Made by a program: the position numbers and the translations under genes. Below, one piece after another: positions 60,638 to 64,000 of a DNA stretch of 64,000 nt. The stretch comes from Macrostomum lignano (taxonomy: Eukaryota). Position 1 is the first letter of the stretch, and the number at the start of each line of letters is the position of its first letter. Where the stretch lies: the NCBI GenBank assembly GCA_002269645.1, contig NIVC01001374.1, forward strand, positions 124,001 through 188,000. Reading direction: 5' to 3'. The notes beneath the pieces were generated by a model. That model searched no databases. It worked only from the letters and a program-made list of their open reading frames with translations, and was not told the origin of the DNA.

Positions 60638-60911
60638 CCCTATTGCAGCGCATGGCTTAAGTACGCCAGACGCCTACACAACCTGCGCCACGCTGTGAAA
60701 TGACTTACCTGTGAAAGAAACCCTAAAGCAAAATTAACGCAGTTTTGGGTAAACGGCAGGAGTAACTATGACTGTCTTATCAAGCCTAAATGCCTCGGCA
60801 TCTAATTAGTACCGCGCCGCGCCATACTAATCGCTGCGCGCCATACACGCTGCGCTGCATTAGATCCGCGCCGGACGCCGTCCGCCAAAATGCCCATGCA
60901 CTGCAATCAGG
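60638..60911. mobile_element. 274-bp non-autonomous TIR element with 8-bp TSD
   Basis: TTCTGCAC|CCCTATTGCAGCGCATGG ... CCATGCACTGCAATCAGG|TTCTGCAC. Removing it restores the mariner L-L-H-D-N-A motif. Confidence 0.85.
60747..60810 (+). pseudogene. 28S (LSU) rRNA fragment, helices 69-71
   Basis: GGGTAAACGGCAGGAGTAACTATGACTGTCTTATCAAGCCTAAATGCCTCGGCATCTAATTAGT versus the recalled eukaryotic consensus GGGTAAACGGCGGGAGTAACTATGACTCTCTTAAGGTAGCCAAATGCCTCGTCATCTAATTAGT: about 57 of 65 positions match by eye. Confidence 0.85.
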
Positions 60912-62149
60912 TTCTGCACGACAATGCCAGTTTGCACACAGCCCGCATTGTGCAGGACCTACTGCGGGACTACTAGTGGGAGGTGCTGCCTCATCCTCCT
61001 TACTCCCTAGACCTCAGTCCCTGCGATTTCGACCTTTTTCCAATGCTTAAGAACCAGCTCCGAGGGCATTGTTTCCATTGCCTGGATGACCTGTTCAGCG
61101 AGGTCGGCCGCATTGCAAAAGACCTGTCCAAATCCAGCGCTAGTGACGGCATTCAGAAGTTGCCTAGCTGCTGGGAGCGCACAATTCAAGTCAACAGAAG
61201 TTATTTTGAAGGTTTTTGACATGTTCATTAATCATTGTTCTGACACTTGTTTGTTGAAAATTAGTAGGTGTTTGCTGAAACTTTTGGGATGACCCTCGTA
61301 TATGTAACAGAAATTAGTTTTTTTTGCCACTTTTTAGACATGACAAAATTTTGACTTTTAAATATTTTGAAATTGTAATTCACTCATAAAAGTTCTAAAT
61401 TTAAGAAAATCAAAATCAAAATCTTGGAATATCTCTAAGCATTATAAATGACAAGTGTATACACCTTTCCACAGAAGTATTATTAGGCCCTTTCCATGTA
61501 TGTTTGTTTGCTAAAGCAGCAGCCAGAAGGAAGAGGCAATGTGCCAGAAAAAAATTCAAATGTGCAATGCAGGATCCCATCTAGTTTTATAACTTTTTCC
61601 TATAGAGCACTATACAAACATTAAAGAATAATAAAAAAGATTTCTAGAATTGAGACTAGGATTTTAGAAAAAAAACTAGAGCATTATATGGACAAGCATA
61701 CAAACAAACAAACCTTAGACTTAGAGATTTAGTATATTTAGATTATAGAAAAACTGATAAAGTTGCCTATACTAGGCCTATAAAATTTAAGTGCCTAAAA
61801 CTTTCATTAAAGGAAAACCTGCATGAAAAATTTGTTCCATTTTCTATTACAAAACCATTGAAAAGATTATATCTTTGATTATTGAAATAGTTTGCTATTA
61901 TAGGCCTAGTAATGCAATATTAATTTAAATATTGTACACTTTAACTTTAAGTAGGGCCTAGGCCTAATTAATACATTTTAAAGCATGAATTTGATTAAAT
62001 CTAATTTTATCTTAATTTAGGGGGCCTAGCCTGGGTTTTTTGTGAGAAACAAATGCAAAATTATACCTTGAATGTCATTTCAAGGTGCAACTTTAAGGCT
62101 CAGAGTGCACTTTCTTTGATTTTAGAAAATTAGGAATAGGGCCTAGAAT

Positions 62150-62437
62150 GGCAATGGCTAGAGTTCCAGCATCGGAACCCATTTTCTAACGGCTACGGAT
62201 CCGGCAGTGCCATTATAATATAGATGGAACATTATATTTTTCTTTCTATAGGTGGCTGATATTGAGATTTTGTTCTAGATTAAAATTTAAGATGATATGA
62301 TAAGATCCAGGACGAGATGCTTCTAATATTCAGACTTTTTAAGATATGTTCTTACCAGTCTTTATGCTTCTATACGGCACTGCCGGATCCCTAGCTGTTA
62401 GAAAATGGGTTCCGGTGCCGGAACTCTAGCCATTGCC
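62150..62437. mobile_element. MULE-type MITE with about 70-bp TIRs
   Basis: GCCTAGAAT|GGCAATGGCTAGAGTTCC ... GGAACTCTAGCCATTGCC|ACCTAGAAT: a 9-bp TSD with one mismatch. Confidence 0.8.
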
Positions 62438-64000
62438 ACCTAGAATAGGTCTATAGGCATGTCTTTTCTTATGTTTAGACTCAGAGAATGCTTTGACTTC
62501 TTGGCTTGTGTTTTTTGATTGAATGCAAATGAGGCTTTAAAAAAAGAAAAATTAGAATAGGTTGTGAGACTAGTCCTATGGCTGCACTTAAACTACACCC
62601 AATTTAATTTAAGCCTTAGGGTATAATTTCAAAATTCAAGGTGCATATGTATACACACTTTGTTTGAGTCTTTGACTAGGCTTATATAATAGTATTATAG
62701 TTTACTTTAACTTCCTAAATGTCATGGATTCTTGCCTTAGGCCTAATACATGGCTGAGAGCAATAGCACCGGCTATACATTACTAGGCCCTAATACTAGA
62801 TTCACACTGCATGTATTGGGTAGTACTGTAGTAGTAGTAGTAGTAAGTTAACACGTCTAGTTTTGCCAATCAATTAAAGAATTCAGACAAGACTATGATG
62901 ATGTACGCGCTATCTATCGTGCATATGCTGCTTATGACGTCTACAATTCCAAATAATTTTTCTTTAAATAAAAACCGCAAAAGGTATGCATTCAAAGTGA
63001 GGTGGGGGCGGAGGAAGAAAATTTATGGTATAGACTAGGAAGTAGTAGTAGTAGTAGTAAGTTGGCTCAGGCAAGAAGCCTGTTTGGCCAGTATATTTCT
63101 GTGTATTTAAGTTATTTTAGCATTAGTTGTTTAATTACGATTAAGTTCAAAAGGTCAAATTTGTTCAAAAGGTTAAATTTTTACACGAGTTACGATGCGA
63201 GTTACGATATTTGTAAAATTATTAAGGTATTTGAAAGAGCGTTTTTTGTAAAAAGATGTAGTATTTTGCAAGCGCGCAATATTTCAAAGCGTGAAAAACG
63301 AACGAAAAATGAACAAAAACGAACTTCGAAAGAACTTTAACGTTAAACGAATGGCGACGATTTAAATAGGTATTAGATAGGAAACTAATTAAATACTAAT
63401 TAAATGCTAATTAAATAGGAAATTAAAAAGACAGTAAATGAATAAACAAAAGAAAAGCGGATTTATTACACTGCTGATATGTCTGTTTCAGTTTGCATTA
63501 CTGTTTTAGCTATTCATGACTTCATATATTTTAGCTACACCAGTGAGCTCTTTTCTGACTCTTTTTTCATTTGTAGCATATCCTAACTTGTGTACTTGCT
63601 TGTCATTTAAGAGGTACTGACAGAAGTATTTTTTTCTGATCTTTTCAGTTTGTGGACAGCTTGGCGTTTGCGGATTTTGAACTCGGGGTTTCTTCGAAAC
63701 CGGTCGTCGTTGCGTTCGCACGAATTGAAGCCGGAAGATCGCGCAGATGAATCACAACGGAAGTTTGCCTCCTGTTTTACTCCGACTGCCGGGGTCCTCA
63801 ATTCCGGGGGGAGGGTAGTTTCGGTCGTAGACGAGCGGTCTTCGTTAGGCGCGAGCGTTCAGAGAGGGTCCTCAGACACCGTAGTTATGCACTTCGATTG
63901 CTTGACTGATTACTGTTAGTAGAGTAGCGCTGCCACCACCGTAATTTACGTATTACGGAACGTTGAAGTCTCAGAGCTTGCTTCGAGATGAGACGGGGTT

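Larger units (their letters stand above)
59666..61298 (+). mobile_element. Mariner (D34D) element, pseudogenised transposase 59864-61219, interrupted by a 274-bp insertion
   Basis: TA|CGAGGGTCATCCCAAAAGTTTCAGCAA ... TTGCTGAAACTTTTGGGATGACCCTCG|TA. Motifs are RWVPHHL, IVMLDETW, LLHDNA and PPYSLDLSPCDFDLF, with in-frame stops. Confidence 0.92.

Noticed and set aside
60747-60810. Functional rRNA gene or group I intron insertion
   Set aside because: Only about 64 nt match, the H69 stem substitutions are uncompensated, and there is no flanking rDNA or intron core.
63640-64000. GC-richer segment at the window end with short ORFs
   Set aside because: No recognisable motif, and it is truncated by the window edge.

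Overview
Eukaryotic (metazoan) genomic DNA with GT-AG spliced genes, intronic minisatellites and nested DNA transposons. The style resembles the flatworm Macrostomum, but that is an inference. Genes I could reconstruct exon by exon: a secreted PAN/apple-GH16 beta-1,3-glucanase (minus, 3' end outside the window); MRM3-like and METTL23-like methyltransferases (plus); two secreted triple-PAN proteins with near-identical mature regions plus a possible decayed third copy; an 8-exon cyclic-nucleotide-binding-domain gene; and a compact minus-strand trio UBE2S > EARS2 > DCTN1 (13 exons). Mobile DNA: a MULE relic containing a complete 6.6-kb CACTA/EnSpm element (transposase, CIDE-N-like ORF2, an internal LINE fragment), two mariner relics, tRNA-derived SINEs and several MITEs. 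One 274-bp TIR element with an 8-bp TSD carries a 28S rRNA H69-H71 fragment that is altered at the R2/I-PpoI target site. Most long ORFs in the supplied track over repeats are artefacts. No CRISPR array or prokaryotic system is supported.
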